A stretch of 64,000 bases of DNA from NCBI GenBank assembly GCA_048013815.1, contig CM106585.1, forward strand, positions 9,300,001-9,364,000, given 5' to 3'. Below are positions 1 to 12,290 of this stretch, piece after piece (positions within the stretch are counted from its first letter, which is position 1; the number at the start of each line of letters is the position of its first letter). The notes below the pieces were generated by a model. The model was not told where the DNA came from and did no database searches. It saw only the letters and a list, made by a program, of their open reading frames with translations. The translations under genes and the position numbers were made by a program. The DNA comes from Setoptus koraiensis. Its lineage: Eukaryota > Animalia > Arthropoda.

Positions 1-62
1 CGCCCATCAATGGCGCCATTGGCACACATGCAAATATCATCTTGGTTGTTACCAAAATACAG

Positions 63-595
63 ACAAGTGTCGCGATGTCACCTGTACCAGAGGTCGTTAT
101 TGCAAAGAGGGTCGTTGTATTTGTCAAGACAGATGTGAAAGTGAGTCAGAGAACAGCAACAACGTCACTGGCCTTGATGACTTGGCCACAAGTAACGGTG
201 ACGGTGGTCTGCACAACAGGGCATACCCAAATGAAATTTCACTATCTCACCACAGTAGAATGGACAATCAAGTGAGCGAGTTGAATCAATTCTCTACTGG
301 CAACAACAACAGCTTGCAACATCATCATCGGCATCGTCATCATCATCGCCACGGGCAACATCACGGTGGAAAACAATTAACGGAAACATTGGCAAGGGGA
401 CGCCAACAGCAGCAGCAGCAGCATTTATCTATTTGCGCAAACGACGGGAACACCTACAGGAATCAATGCGAGCTGCTACGGCACGCTTGTCTCAATTCTT
501 TGGATCTTAGACCGTTATTTTACGGCAGTTGCGACGACCAATTCGAAGATCAATTGCTCATCAGCCAGGAGCAGCATCTCTATGGCTCGTCTTGA
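63..595 (+). CDS. Follistatin-like (FOLN + Kazal) exon, FSTL1/FSTL5/SPARC-type module; probably the last coding exon of a gene that begins before the window
   Basis: Frame 2 is open from base 2 to TGA at 593-595. After a likely acceptor (TACAG, AG at 61-62) it reads (D)KCRDVTCTRGRYCKEGRCICQDRC, the FOLN Cys pattern. Later it reads ICANDGNTYRNQCELLRHACLNSLDLRPLFYGSC, the Kazal C-x-x-DG-x-TY-x-N-x-C pattern. A His/Gln-rich insert separates the two parts. Confidence 0.75.
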
Positions 596-2876
596 TGCGT
601 CATTGTTTGCGTCGTACAATAAACAGTCAGATATCTCATTCTGTCGTGTGTCCACTTTGTGTGCAATTGCATCCTGTCTGTAATTATCTTTTTGGTGTCG
701 CAATGTTCATCGAGCAGCCATAGCGACCAATGCAAACATTGCACAAAACTGAAAAGAGAAGCCAGCTGGGGCCAGCTCAGGTAACTCGGGCAGCTATTTG
801 TTTGATTTTTTGTTTTGATTGTGAGCCACTGTAAAGTGTTTAGAATGGCGACAAATCATCGGAATTCATTGTGGCCCGCTGGCTGGCTAGCTCGCCGGAC
901 GCCATCTGTGATGCGCGCGGTAAACTAATGGCGCGCGCGCGCGAAGAACCGATGTCTAGCCGCCCCGCGCGAGCTTACCGAAGCGCGCGCCCCATTTCCA
1001 GCCCCGACTCAAGCTGTGGGCAACGAAATTGGTTAGTTCGCTTTGCATACACTAATAGCGGTTGCGTTGTGTGTGCGTGTGTGTGTGTGTTTTGTCGTAG
1101 AATTGTGCGCGTTTGGTTGCACGATGCGCGTTGTGTGCGCGCCGCCAAGTTAGCGCGTTGCATGGCCAAAGGCTTGTGTGTCGGTTGGGTGCGCGGTTCA
1201 CACTTTTACAAGCACCTCTATACTAAACAGTCTATAGCATGCTCGATGCCAGGCTGAAACACTGTACTGGTGCCAGTGTGTGCCTTATGAGTGCATGTTA
1301 TTTGTGTGTGTTCGATTTGTGTGTCGCGCTTTGCAATGCTGCCACTATATCTGCCATAGCAGCTATGCAGCATAGCAGAGGCAACGGCGGGGTAGCAAGG
1401 CCAACGACGATACCGCCATGATGCTGACACTGATGGAATAAGCAGGCAACAGCGACACAACAGTTTAGTTCTGTTCGCTACACAACAGTTCAGTTCGATG
1501 TGTGCGTGTGTGTGTGTGTGTGTGTGCGCGCAACACTCTGTTGTTAGCTCTTGTTAGCTCGCAAATCCGATCGGGCCTCACACAAATGTGTGTGTGTGTG
1601 TGTGTGTGTGTTGCCAATGGCACACTCCGACTGAGCCACTGACTGAGTGTGTGCGTGTGTGTGTTTTCGCCAGCTATACAATGTACACAAGCACCCGCTC
1701 GTAATATGCACTTGAACAAGTGCTGCTGCTAACGACAACGAGAGCTGAGGACCGACCGAGCTACATAAACACCTTGCATAACATTGGATCTACACACAGC
1801 ACGTATAACTATAACAATATACGTATGTCAGCTCTAACAGTGTGTGCGTAGTGTGCAAAGAGCACTATGTGTGCTGGGGTGGTTGTGTAAGGCGAACGTG
1901 TAGCGATCGGAGCAGCAATGAGCCAGTTAGCGAGGCACACACACAGTGAAAATTTACCTTCGATCAAAATAATATATATATATAATTTTACTACATTTAG
2001 TTGCATTAATAGGAGTCGCAGAATAGGACACCACGCAAAGGCTAACGCGTTCCAGCAACCGACAAACAAGCCATTGAGCCATTGAACGAACGAACGAACC
2101 AACCAACTAACCGACCGACCGACCAACGAACCAACTAACCACTAGCGAACCTACGAAGCTTGTCACAGTCGCGAACGGCACCATTAGACACATCACATTA
2201 CACATATTAGCACATATACTGCATGTTACAATACTACATATTGTATTCTACCTTTTATTGCATAATATAAATATATATACTGCATATTGGACATCAACGT
2301 TGACACTTCCAACAATTTATTGATTTGTCCTGTGGAAATTGTTCGATCAAAAACCAACAACACTCACCAATAATATTCGCTAATTTTATCAAACACACAC
2401 ACACACACACACGCACACACACACAAGCTCACGGCTTATTGATTTATATTATTATTATATAATATTGGCTTTGCATTTACCTACAGCACTATTGTTGTTG
2501 TTGTTACTAACATTAACCAGCCATATCATTGAACTATTGCTAAGCATTCCGAGAGCAGTCTGCCGAAAAACTCACTCGATACATTGATACATACAAGCTG
2601 AACTAGGGGGAAGAGACACAGGACAGAACGATCGACAATAAATTAACTATCAGACTAAACAGATCATTTCATTCCAGGCTAATCAACTGCATACATTATA
2701 ATCAAACATGGACCTCTCAACTGAGACTAGACACACAAATATGTTCACTTGTTCTGCTGCTACTACAATTTAAGTCTGCTTTGAGTTGAGCTCAACCTGC
2801 AAGCTAATTCGCCAACTAGTCAACTCAATCAGCGTATATCACCATATTATTAATTAATTCCAGCTTGGGAACTTTA

Positions 2877-2915
<39 letters not shown>

Positions 2916-3235
2916 CATACCAGAACACAGACTCACAGGGGTACTCACACAAACGCATTTACACTCGCATATGGTATGGGATAATCACTGAGGCGCGCCA
3001 ATAATATAATCCAACTTCAAAAGTGGTTGACCTATTGCTAAAACGCATATTGATACAGAAACCAAACGAAAAATTGCATATTAGGAATTGATCAAATCTG
3101 TCAAATCCATTTTTTTTTTCAACTGAACATCAATTGACTTTCACTGCTTCAAAGATATAGGCATAGTAATACTTGACAAGTACCATTAGAGGACATCATA
3201 TAAATTTAGAACAGTGACACTCATAAAACATCAAT

Positions 3236-4102
3236 ATGCAGACTTATGCGGGCCAGGATACTAGATGGCAAAAGGACAATATCGCCGATCAACAATTCGA
3301 TTACATGTTCAAAATATTGATAATCGGGAATAGTAGTGTTGGAAAAACTTCCTTCTTATTCCGTTATGCGGATGACTCGTTCACATCGGCCTTCGTCAGT
3401 AAGTCTGCCTCTCTCTATCCATTCTTCACACAAAAGACTATTTTCTGTAATAATGACATCTCAACTTGCCCATTTCAACTTGACTCTACTGGTTTATTAC
3501 AGGCACCGTTGGAATAGATTTCAAAGTTAAAACCGTTTTCAGACGAGAAAAACGAATGAAGCTCCAGATATGGGTGAGTGCTATGTCTTTTATATCTCTA
3601 TCGACTTGCTTCAAATCAGGCCTTGATTTTTAAAAACAACAATTGTTATTCAATTATTACACCTATACAGGATACCGCCGGACAAGAAAGATACCGAACC
3701 ATCACAACAGCTTACTATCGAGGCGCCATGGGATTCATACTTATGTATGACGTAACTAACGAGGAGTCTTTTAATAGTGTTCAAGATTGGGTGACACAAA
3801 TTAAAACATATTCTTGGGACAACGCACAAGTAATTTTAGTTGGTAATAAGTCTGATATGGAGGACGAAAGGGTTGTGTCCACGGACAGAGGAAAACAATT
3901 GGCAGAACAGTTAGGTTTGGAATTTTTTGAAACATCGGCTAAAGAGAACATTAACGTTAAGGATGTCTTCGAGCGATTGGTTGATATAATATGTGACAAA
4001 ATGTCCGAGAGTCTAGACTCAGATCCATCAACGGTGAATGCAAACAAAGGAACAAGACTAACTGACAATCCAATGCCTCAAAATAACAATTGCCAATGTT
4101 GA
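3236..4102 (+). CDS. Rab3: Rab3 small GTPase, 3 exons (3236-3398, 3503-3573, 3671-4102), 221 aa
   Basis: GT-AG introns 3399-3502 and 3574-3670 join in frame. Motifs: [64 protein letters not shown] and a C-terminal CQC prenylation motif, all characteristic of Rab3. Confidence 0.97.
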
Positions 4103-4969
4103 GGGTCCACCATCTTAAGTCATATTTAATATTATAACAACAACAAAAGTTGTGTAGGCTAACATGGAAATATTATCAAAAGTAGATAAAGTCTAAGCGA
4201 AATGTATATTTAACTTTAAATTCTTCAGCAAACACGAAGGTTCCTTAGAGAGCCATATCCATTATGAATAACCCAAGTCATGCTTTTGAAAATCTAAAAC
4301 ATAATTTCAATATTAATTATCCTTAAGAAACGCAGCAGGAGTAATCATGGTACTTGATCTCAATATATATGAATCTATGTATAAAAATATATATACATAT
4401 ATATATATATTTGCGACGTGGTTTATTTGCGACGTGGTGTTAAACTTTGTTATAAAACTCCAGCGTTACTATCAATGTATTTACGGACAAGGACGGCCCA
4501 ACTTTCATCAATCAATTCAAGATTTATTTATTTACCTAATGACATGTGTCAGTATCTACAAATTTGTGTGTAGATTATTATAGTAAAAAGAACCAGAAAG
4601 AATCTTTAGGTATGAAGATAACCTCATGTATCACACTGGATCAAACTCTTGCACTTACAAATATTGGTGCGAGCCGTTCACTGCAAGAATAGATAATTTT
4701 TTTTTCTTTACTATATCTAAGGCCAAACAATAAAACTATAGGCTCACAATATTGTTTTAACCGGTATCAAATGTGCTATTTATAGAAAATCCGGCCGATA
4801 AACTATAATGTTTACACTCAGATGGATGCTGGGGATTCGTTAAAAGAGAAAGTAAAAATCATCTTGTCAGAGCCATAGATAGAAGGCTTAACAAAAAAAA
4901 AATGTTTTAACTTGAGATTTAGTTTACTTTGTGAAATTTTATCTCAGATCATCCATAATACAGATAAAA

Positions 4970-5005
4970 TATATAGATCTAAAAATACACCCACAATTGA
5001 TTAGT
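4970..5005 (+). promoter_or_regulatory. Putative TATA box plus arthropod initiator for the 5029-5349 gene
   Basis: TATATAG at 4970-4976 and TTAGT (Inr-like) at 5001-5005 are about 33 nt apart, with the ATG 24 nt further downstream. Confidence 0.45.
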
Positions 5006-5028
5006 GTTGGCCAACAATTAATAGCAAG

Positions 5029-5349
5029 ATGCACTTACTAGCTATTGTTTTTTTCTTCTGTCTATTAATCAGAGTAAACGGCCATCCAGATCGTTGCGAT
5101 AGGGAAATCGACGACCTGTCTTCAAGATTGACCTCAAGCTTGAACAAGCTCAATAATTCAATGGGCAAGCCAAACAACGATCATATCCTCGAAGGCCTCC
5201 CTAAACAGGCGACCATGAGCACTGATGAGATGGTAACTCGTCTGAATGCGGCATACAAGAAACTAACAGAACAATCTACGCAAGCTCGAAACGCCGCCGC
5301 TGCTTCAAGAGCTTCGTCGCTGTTGACTCTTATTAGTTCGAAACAATAA
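5029..5349 (+). CDS. Orphan secreted protein, 106 aa, single exon
   Basis: ATG start. Signal peptide MHLLAIVFFFCLLIRVNG followed by HPDR. The mature part is non-repetitive and looks helical. TATA/Inr lie upstream and AATAAA at 5396-5401 lies downstream. I recognise no family. Confidence 0.7.
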   Translation: MHLLAIVFFFCLLIRVNGHPDRCDREIDDLSSRLTSSLNKLNNSMGKPNNDHILEGLPKQATMSTDEMVTRLNAAYKKLTEQSTQARNAAAASRASSLLTLISSKQ

Positions 5350-5682
5350 TGATTAAATGAAACGAAGTTTAGCCTTTTGTCTGACGAAGTAATTAAATAA
5401 AGAGCGCAAATCGTTCAAATTTGAGGTGATTTGATGATTATTCATTTTGCTGAATCAAGTTATTTATTGTATCTAGGATATTTCGCTTTGCTTAAGATCT
5501 CTGCCTCACGCGAATATCTTGTCACTCAACCAGGAGAAATAGACGATATTTTCTCTAGATAATTACTCCTGATCTCGTAACAATGCAAGCTCTTCGCGCT
5601 ATAATTAATGTAATCTCCAAGTGTGGATGAATTTAGTGTAATCGTGACCATATTCTACATAGATAGTTGTGCACGCACTCTT

Positions 5683-8600
5683 CTACTCCTCTTCAGATTC
5701 TGAATCAGACTCCGCCAACCAATTTAACCAGGTATTCACTTGGAAGAGTGCTTTTCCTTTTCCAGGGTACTCGTCGTTAATCTCTTCTTTCCACATGAAA
5801 AATACATCGTCATCTATAATATTCAGGTCATAAAGCATGACGTACCATCTCAAGAAAGCTCCTGTAGATATTTCGGGATGCAGTTGTAGTTAGTTAGTAT
5901 GCACACAAGTTCAGAGACAAAACATCAACAAAGAAACAAAGAAAAAACATACCTTTAGGAAAACCTAGTCCGTAATAAAATGATTGCAGAGAATACAGTG
6001 TTGCCAACTGAAGTCTCTTATCAGAAAGAATGGCTTGTAGTATCTGATGATATTTGGTCAATAGTTCTTTTTCAAATTCAATTGTCGCTGTGCTTGGGGA
6101 ATTTTGACTCGATTCTTCTTGTTTAGATTTTTCTGAAACTTTTAAATGGATATATCTCAATAGGCATGTGAATAGCACGTATGCAAATGATGGAGATGAC
6201 TGCAGAGACGAATCGACATTTTCTTTTATCCATCTGTAAATGCTACCAGGCGATGCATCTTTTTCAATTTGAGCCCATAAATCAGGTTCAATGGTCAACA
6301 TAGGATAAAGGAATCCAAGACATCGGTCGCGAAGAATGGTAGCTAATCTATCCTTGGTTCTGTCAACTTCCGGCAACATATTGATAAGATCTATTTTAGA
6401 GGCTGTAAATTTTTCATTTACCCAAGCCTTACCCATGATCTTCTCGAGTTTTTGTAGACATAGTAGAAATAGAGGATGGTGTTTCCCTCCTTCCAGGGGT
6501 TCTTTCACATCTTCTAGCGAAACCAGTCCATCGGATATCGCACGACTCAGAATGCCAGCCACGTGAGATTTAACCTTGGGTGTCTCCACTTCCAGCGCCT
6601 CCATTTGAATGAATAATGATTTGAAAGCATTCATAAGAGATGAAGACTCAATGGATGACGGAACAAGTTGACTGAAGAGGTGGCTCACCATCTCTCTGTC
6701 AGTGTCTGTCTTCAATATAGAGTCTTTCATCAAGCCCACTAAACAATCAGGCTGATAATTTTTGGGTACTTTCAATTCCTTGATTTTCTGCAGAGCGGAT
6801 AACATTACTTCAGATGATGTGGTGGTATTGAAACATTCCACAACTATCTCATTGAATTTGTTGACGTAATAATCTTTAGCTGCGCTCTTGACAGAGCTGT
6901 TGTTAGTCAAGGTCATATTGCCGAAAGAATCTATTACTGGGCTCCGTATATCTCCGACTTTTACTGCTGGCAGTGCAGAGGGTGGAGGAACCGCTTGAGC
7001 AGCCTCTGGTTGGTATCTACTGACTGGTTGTATCGAAGTCAATGATATAGGTACATTGGTTAGGCCATTATTGCCAGACCCTAGCCTTTGATCTAAAGAT
7101 TTCCCATCTTTGTAATTCGATTCTTTACTATCCGATGAAGTAATGACCTTGTTCATTAGTGGATTGTGTGATGGTCGCAAAGAGAATTTCTCATCCGCAC
7201 TTATCGAAGTTGTTAACAAAGGTGAGGGCATCTCACGCACAGTTTGAGCGCTACTATTCGTATTCTGATGAACGCTTGGTTTTTGATGTGAATAATTGTT
7301 GATATTAGAATTAGCGTTGAATTCGTTCCTACTGTATCTTGAAATTCCATTATTTGGAGGTCCCATATTGGTTTGATTCATTCTACTCCTATCAAAAGAT
7401 GGCTGTGTGAGCGCCGTGTCATTAACAGCGATTCTGCGGGGAGGAGGAATACTATCGGAACTTCTGTCGCGAAAGTCAAACCTATCTCGGTCGAATCTTG
7501 TCGGCGCTCGATCATCTACATTTCCACGATGGTTGAGTCCAGGCTGACTTGAGTTCGCATATGGTTGAACAGCGATATTATGCGTGGCACGCGAATCAAC
7601 AACCCTAGGTTGAATTTTCGGTGGTGCCATGTGTGGTGGAAGCGGGGCATGCTGCTCGGACGAATACTGTCTCTGTCTAAATCGTGGTGCAATGAAATCT
7701 TCAGCCATCTCTCTTCTTGGCCAATTCATATTGGGATTACCGTTGGCGGCTGCCGGAGGATAGACCTCTGCATCTGATCTTTGTTGTCGATTATGATGGT
7801 TCTGATTCATTGTATATCTATCCCCGCCACTATTATTACGTGTTCGTCTATTGAAATCCGTTTGCTCTAAATGAGGACCCCTGGGTTCGAGCCTTACTTG
7901 ATCTCTGTCTCGCATCTGCGCTCTCTCCCGCATTTGTTCTCTTTCTCGCATTTGCCGGGCTCCTATTGGATCAAAGTGTGTGGACTTCCTCAAGTCTTTG
8001 TTGAACGTATCACGATTGAAATCTTGTAAAGGTTTGACAGAAGGAGGGGGTGGAGGGGGAGGATCACGGGCGAAATCTCTGTTGTACCTGGTGTTATATG
8101 TCCTATTATCACGACTATCAAAACGCCTATCATGATCACGAAAATCTCGAGGGTCACGTCTATCTTCAACACGTTTAGCTTGCGGATCATCACGGATCTG
8201 GGCAAGGCGCTCAGGGTCTATGCTGATTACACGTCTCTCTGAAGTAGGATTGGTTCCATGAGAGTTGGCATTCGTTCTAGCGACAGACTGTTGCAGAGGC
8301 GAATTAATAGATCCATTATTTGTTGCAATCTTATGTTGATTGCCGGTATGCGGTCTGGATTGACCCAAGTTATTTGCTTGCACATTATTATTAGATGAAT
8401 TCTTTTCATTTCCTGTTAAACTATTGCTTGGTGGATTCGACAAAAGAGGTACTTTCTGACCCTGACTTTTATCACTACTCATTAGCGTGCCCGACTTGAC
8501 ATCAGTTGCATTACCGTTGTCACGCTTTTTTGATCTCGTGTCAAGCGATTTAGAGAATGCCTCAGCACCTGAAGACATAAAAGAATGTTCCATCGGCATG

Positions 8601-9574
8601 TAAGTTGATCCAAGACCAAAATGATCACTGCTAGTAGTAAAACTTGGACCATCATCTAAAAATGATAGATTAGCTCCGTGGAGGCTAGCTAATTCGTTGA
8701 AACTGGCCATCGAACGTCCATTACCGTAACGTTCTGTGGGGTATCCAGCTTCTTCCCTCAACTTGGATAAAGTTTGAGGCGCATTGTCTTCCCTTTGGAA
8801 TGGACGAGGACGCCATTTATTATTTCTGAGGTCTATGACATCCTTGAGCATAAATCTTATGCGAGAGGGTAGCTCGTTTTTTTTAGAAAAAAGACCCATA
8901 CGATCAAAGTATTGATTCATAAGGTTCTTGGACGCTTGTGTATCCAGAAGGTTACCAACTGTTTTCATGATTTGGCAGAGGCATTCCAAGTCTTGCGCCT
9001 GATCTTGAATCGTGCGCTCTTTCTTCTTTGATAGCAGTCCTCTGATGCATTCGTGTAGTATTTCCTCCTGCAATAGTCGTTTCCTGCCAAGCTCACAAAT
9101 GAATTTGATATTGCCAAGCATTTTCTGCTTGGCAATAGCTTTTTGCTCAAACTCATCGTCAGTGAGCTCATTTTTACTTTCAAAATCTTCGGTCGCCTTT
9201 CGGCGCCGCTCAAATTCGTCCTCGCACTTAGAGATCAGAAATTTGCAAAAGGTGTTAGGTCCCGGTTCAGGTTCGAAGTTGGGTGCTTTTTCACTTAATT
9301 CCTGACATAGTTTAGCATATAAAGAGCTATACTTAGGATCTTTTAAGGCTTTTTCAAATAAGAGATATATAACTCCTTTCAGGGTTCGAGGTGTGTCTAA
9401 GCCCACATGAAGCAATTCTCTGCTCAATTTATCGAATGTTTCGGGTGTGATTTTGTTGAGTATACCGCGAACTTTGCGAAAAATAACATCTTGACGTTCT
9501 TCGTGAGCTGATGATTTGTTCGCTGGTGGTTGATAACGATGATGGTACATATGTAATTGGTTGCTTGCTTGTTC
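5683..9574 (-). CDS. eIF4G2: eIF4G2 / NAT1 / p97 / DAP5 translation initiation factor (MIF4G, MA3, W2); exons 9574-5953 and 5861-5683, true 5' end unresolved
   Basis: MIF4G start RQDVIFRKVRGILNKITPETFDKL, plus KMLGNIKFICEL and LPSRIRFML. MA3 region near the C-terminus. Intron 5952-5862 (GTATGT, ACTAAC branch, CTACAG) splices FPKG to AFLRWYVMLYDLNIIDDDVFFMWKEEINDEYPGKGKALFQVNTWLNWLAESDSESEEE*, which matches the eIF4G2 W2 end. The frame stays open from the Met at 9550 up to an acceptor at 9575. Confidence 0.95.
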
Positions 9575-9918
9575 CTGTAGAATATTTGTGGTATACGTTT
9601 AGTCCTCTCTATGATAATAATATAAAGCGATTATGCGTATAATTGTGTGTGGTTTTGATAATTAATTGTTATTGACTTGACCTATTTAGTGTTTACCACC
9701 TGGTCATCAATGCCAGAGGTTCGTTGTTATGATCAATTATACTTGACGTGAAGAATGGTTTAGATTAATTATAAGAATGATATATCTAGAAATGTAAATG
9801 ATTGTGATAGATGATAGGTCACAATTGTGTGTTCAATCGTGTCTTGATGAAATGATGAAATGACTTTGTTTACATGTATTTTAGCAAGATTCTTCTAATA
9901 GTAATGTATATGAATATT

Positions 9919-10241
9919 TATATATATATAGATATATATAAATATATATATATATATATCAATACAAATACACAGATGTTTAATTTTCTAATGATATTTG
10001 TCTGGTGTGTAAATGTAGCGTCCCTATGTCTGTATATTTATATGCTAATATGTGAGTGTATGTGTATAAGAGAGGAAAATTGTTCTAACTGTATCATAAA
10101 TGTCTATGTATCTATATACGGCAGAGCATAAATACATACATATATAAATGTCGATATATATATATATAAATATATATGTATATACATATATATATATAAA
10201 TAATATAATATATATATCTATGTGGGTATATATATATATAT
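9919..10241. repeat. (TA)n-rich low-complexity tracts upstream of eIF4G2
   Basis: Interrupted TA dinucleotide runs at about 9919-9958 and 10138-10241. They generate the spurious I/Y-rich ORFs in the track. Confidence 0.85.
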
Positions 10242-11789
10242 TAAAATATTTATCTCTTTTTGCATTAGACTTTTCGTATCTAACGAGTAATGGTTTCTTC
10301 ACTTTAGGCATCAAAGCCTGTTTCCCAAAACGATTTTATTATGGGTGGTACTTTTACACATATAGACATGTACACATTTACAAAGAACACGAACAAAAAC
10401 ACCTATTTCTACAAAAGCACACTACTATGGAGAGAAATCACACAGTGAGAGAGCATCTTGATCTACACATTCTAAAGCGCACAGTGAATACCACCAACCA
10501 AACTGCAGGCTTGCTCGCTGGTCTAATGGTAGAAGAGGCACGCACAGTCTGTGTATAGCTAGCCAGGACTAATATGGCTAGCTGTGTATAGTTTGAATTT
10601 CATTGTTGGCTTTTACACGAAGTTTACTCGTCGGAGATTCGTAAAAAACTGTCTACTGTGCCCATTGTGCACAGCCTCTTTATACTGTGCAATTCTCGCT
10701 CGGCTCATGTATATTGTTGGAGCAGATTCTCCAACAATTTGGCTGTTGAGTGTGTCGAATACACTTTAATTTATAACGCTAAACACTGGACATCCATCAA
10801 AGGCTGTTGTGTTCACTATGAAATGAACTCCCGAAGCGCTTTTGACAAGAAATATTCACACAGTCTGAATGTAAATCAAGGAAGAGTTGTATGGAGTTTT
10901 TCTTGCTGATCATCTCTGTTATGACATGGACAACACCAACAATAACAAATTTCAACCTGCCCTCAATTGCCGTTCTCAAATTATCTCTCTCTCCCGCTTT
11001 CTGTCTCGCTGTGTGTCTATCCGTTTCATCAGCAGCTAGAGACAGGGAACTATCCACACACCATATAACATCGTCATTTCTACACAAACACCTAGTGTTC
11101 ATAAGGTGTGTATCTGTTAGTGTGTGTGTGTGTGTGTGAGTGTTCGAATAAACTTGTAAAGGGTGGCTTAGACAGAGGGTCATATTCCGCTTCAATTTTC
11201 TCCACTCAATGCGTTGCCCTCGAAAAGTAACGCTCATTAAAGTACTTTAAAATAACCTCTGTAGAGGGCGTTCAAGAGGCCTGGAAATGTATTGTTGGGC
11301 GCCCTGTTAGGTTTTACTCTACTCTCAATGATTCCCCCTCACTAAGACTCTCTACCATGTGCCACTGTTTTGAAGGGGACCATAGTTATGTAACTGTATA
11401 ACTTCTTTGCAGGATTCGCTATCGCAATAGATGTAGGTCTGATTCTCCACTGAAAAGCACAGGCCCTCGTTCCTCGCAGTGTGACATCCACTTGTCCTCA
11501 CTGTCTGTCATCTTGTGCACATCAATACACAAGAATGCGAAGCTCTTGAATAACAGATTTACCGAAATTCCATAACATATAACTCTAACTATCTCTGGAA
11601 CAGTCACAATTAAGACGTTCCAAGTCATAAGTTTAGGCACATTTGTACGCATGAAAGATTGAACCTTGTCATTACGCAAGTCGTTCCTCTACCGAACCCT
11701 ACACTTTTTGCCCCTTCCTTTGGCATAACAACCGATGACGTATGCTTTTGGACATGCGCAAATGTGGTGATTTAGTGTAGGCGGTAAAT

Positions 11790-12022
11790 ATGAACCAATC
11801 TGGGTTTGAAACCCAGAGTTTTGGACCGGGCGTCTCGGAAAGTGGTAGAGACGATCGTTACGACTCTCAGAATGGGACCTCTTGCGGGTCCGGCTCTCGA
11901 TACTCTAAAGAGCAAAGAGAAGTCAATATTAGATGAAATTGTTTCAAGTCTCCCACTTTGTTGGGATTAGGAGGGGGAGATTTTTTCTGCGAGAAATCTC
12001 CCGTTCTCTCCCAATTGTTCAT
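11790..12022. ncRNA. Candidate structured non-coding RNA, identity and strand unknown
   Basis: At least five hairpins in about 230 nt: TCTGGGTT/AACCCAGA, CGTCTC/GAGACG, GGACC/GGTCC, TCCCA/TGGGA and GGGAGATTT/AAATCTCCC. A terminal ATGAAC(C)AAT/ATTGTTCAT stem encloses them. No ORF spans the region. Confidence 0.35.
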
Positions 12023-12290
12023 GGTTTGCGATGTATAGCCACAGCCACTCTATGAAGTGCAATGAGGAAGGGCGTTGTCCAATGTAAAACGGCATAGAGA
12101 TTAATAGACGCGATTGTATTCTATTTAAACAAACATGATGAGTGCTTTTGAGGCTCCACTTTATCATAGTGGTTTTTGGAATTCATTTTGTATATGTAGA
12201 GAGTTTGTTTTCTTTTTAAATGGTAACAAATATAAGAGAATGACATTGGAAAGATGACAATCTGGTTCTTCGAGCGCAGCAAAAAGTTTC

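Noticed and set aside
141-421. GTGAGT at 141 as a donor removing the follistatin insert
   Set aside because: It is phase 1, and all CAG acceptors just before the Kazal part are in an incompatible phase.
11625-11639. Minus-strand TGCCTAAACTTATGA resembling the U12 snRNA 5' end
   Set aside because: The branch-point recognition sequence (GTAAGGA), Sm site and stem-loops do not follow.
11419-11679. 86-aa minus-strand ORF between eIF4G2 and the tRNA
   Set aside because: It has no motif, a TTG start and no convincing splice partners.
11868-11879. CAGAATGGGAC resembling the 3' end of an HDV-like ribozyme
   Set aside because: There is no upstream GTCCCA partner for P2 and no nested double pseudoknot.
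11790-12022. Firm assignment of the structured region to RNase P, RNase MRP, SRP or telomerase RNA
   Set aside because: The RNase P/MRP CR-I and CR-V pair, SRP helix 8, and a CCTAACC-type template are not recognisable. It is kept only as an unnamed candidate.
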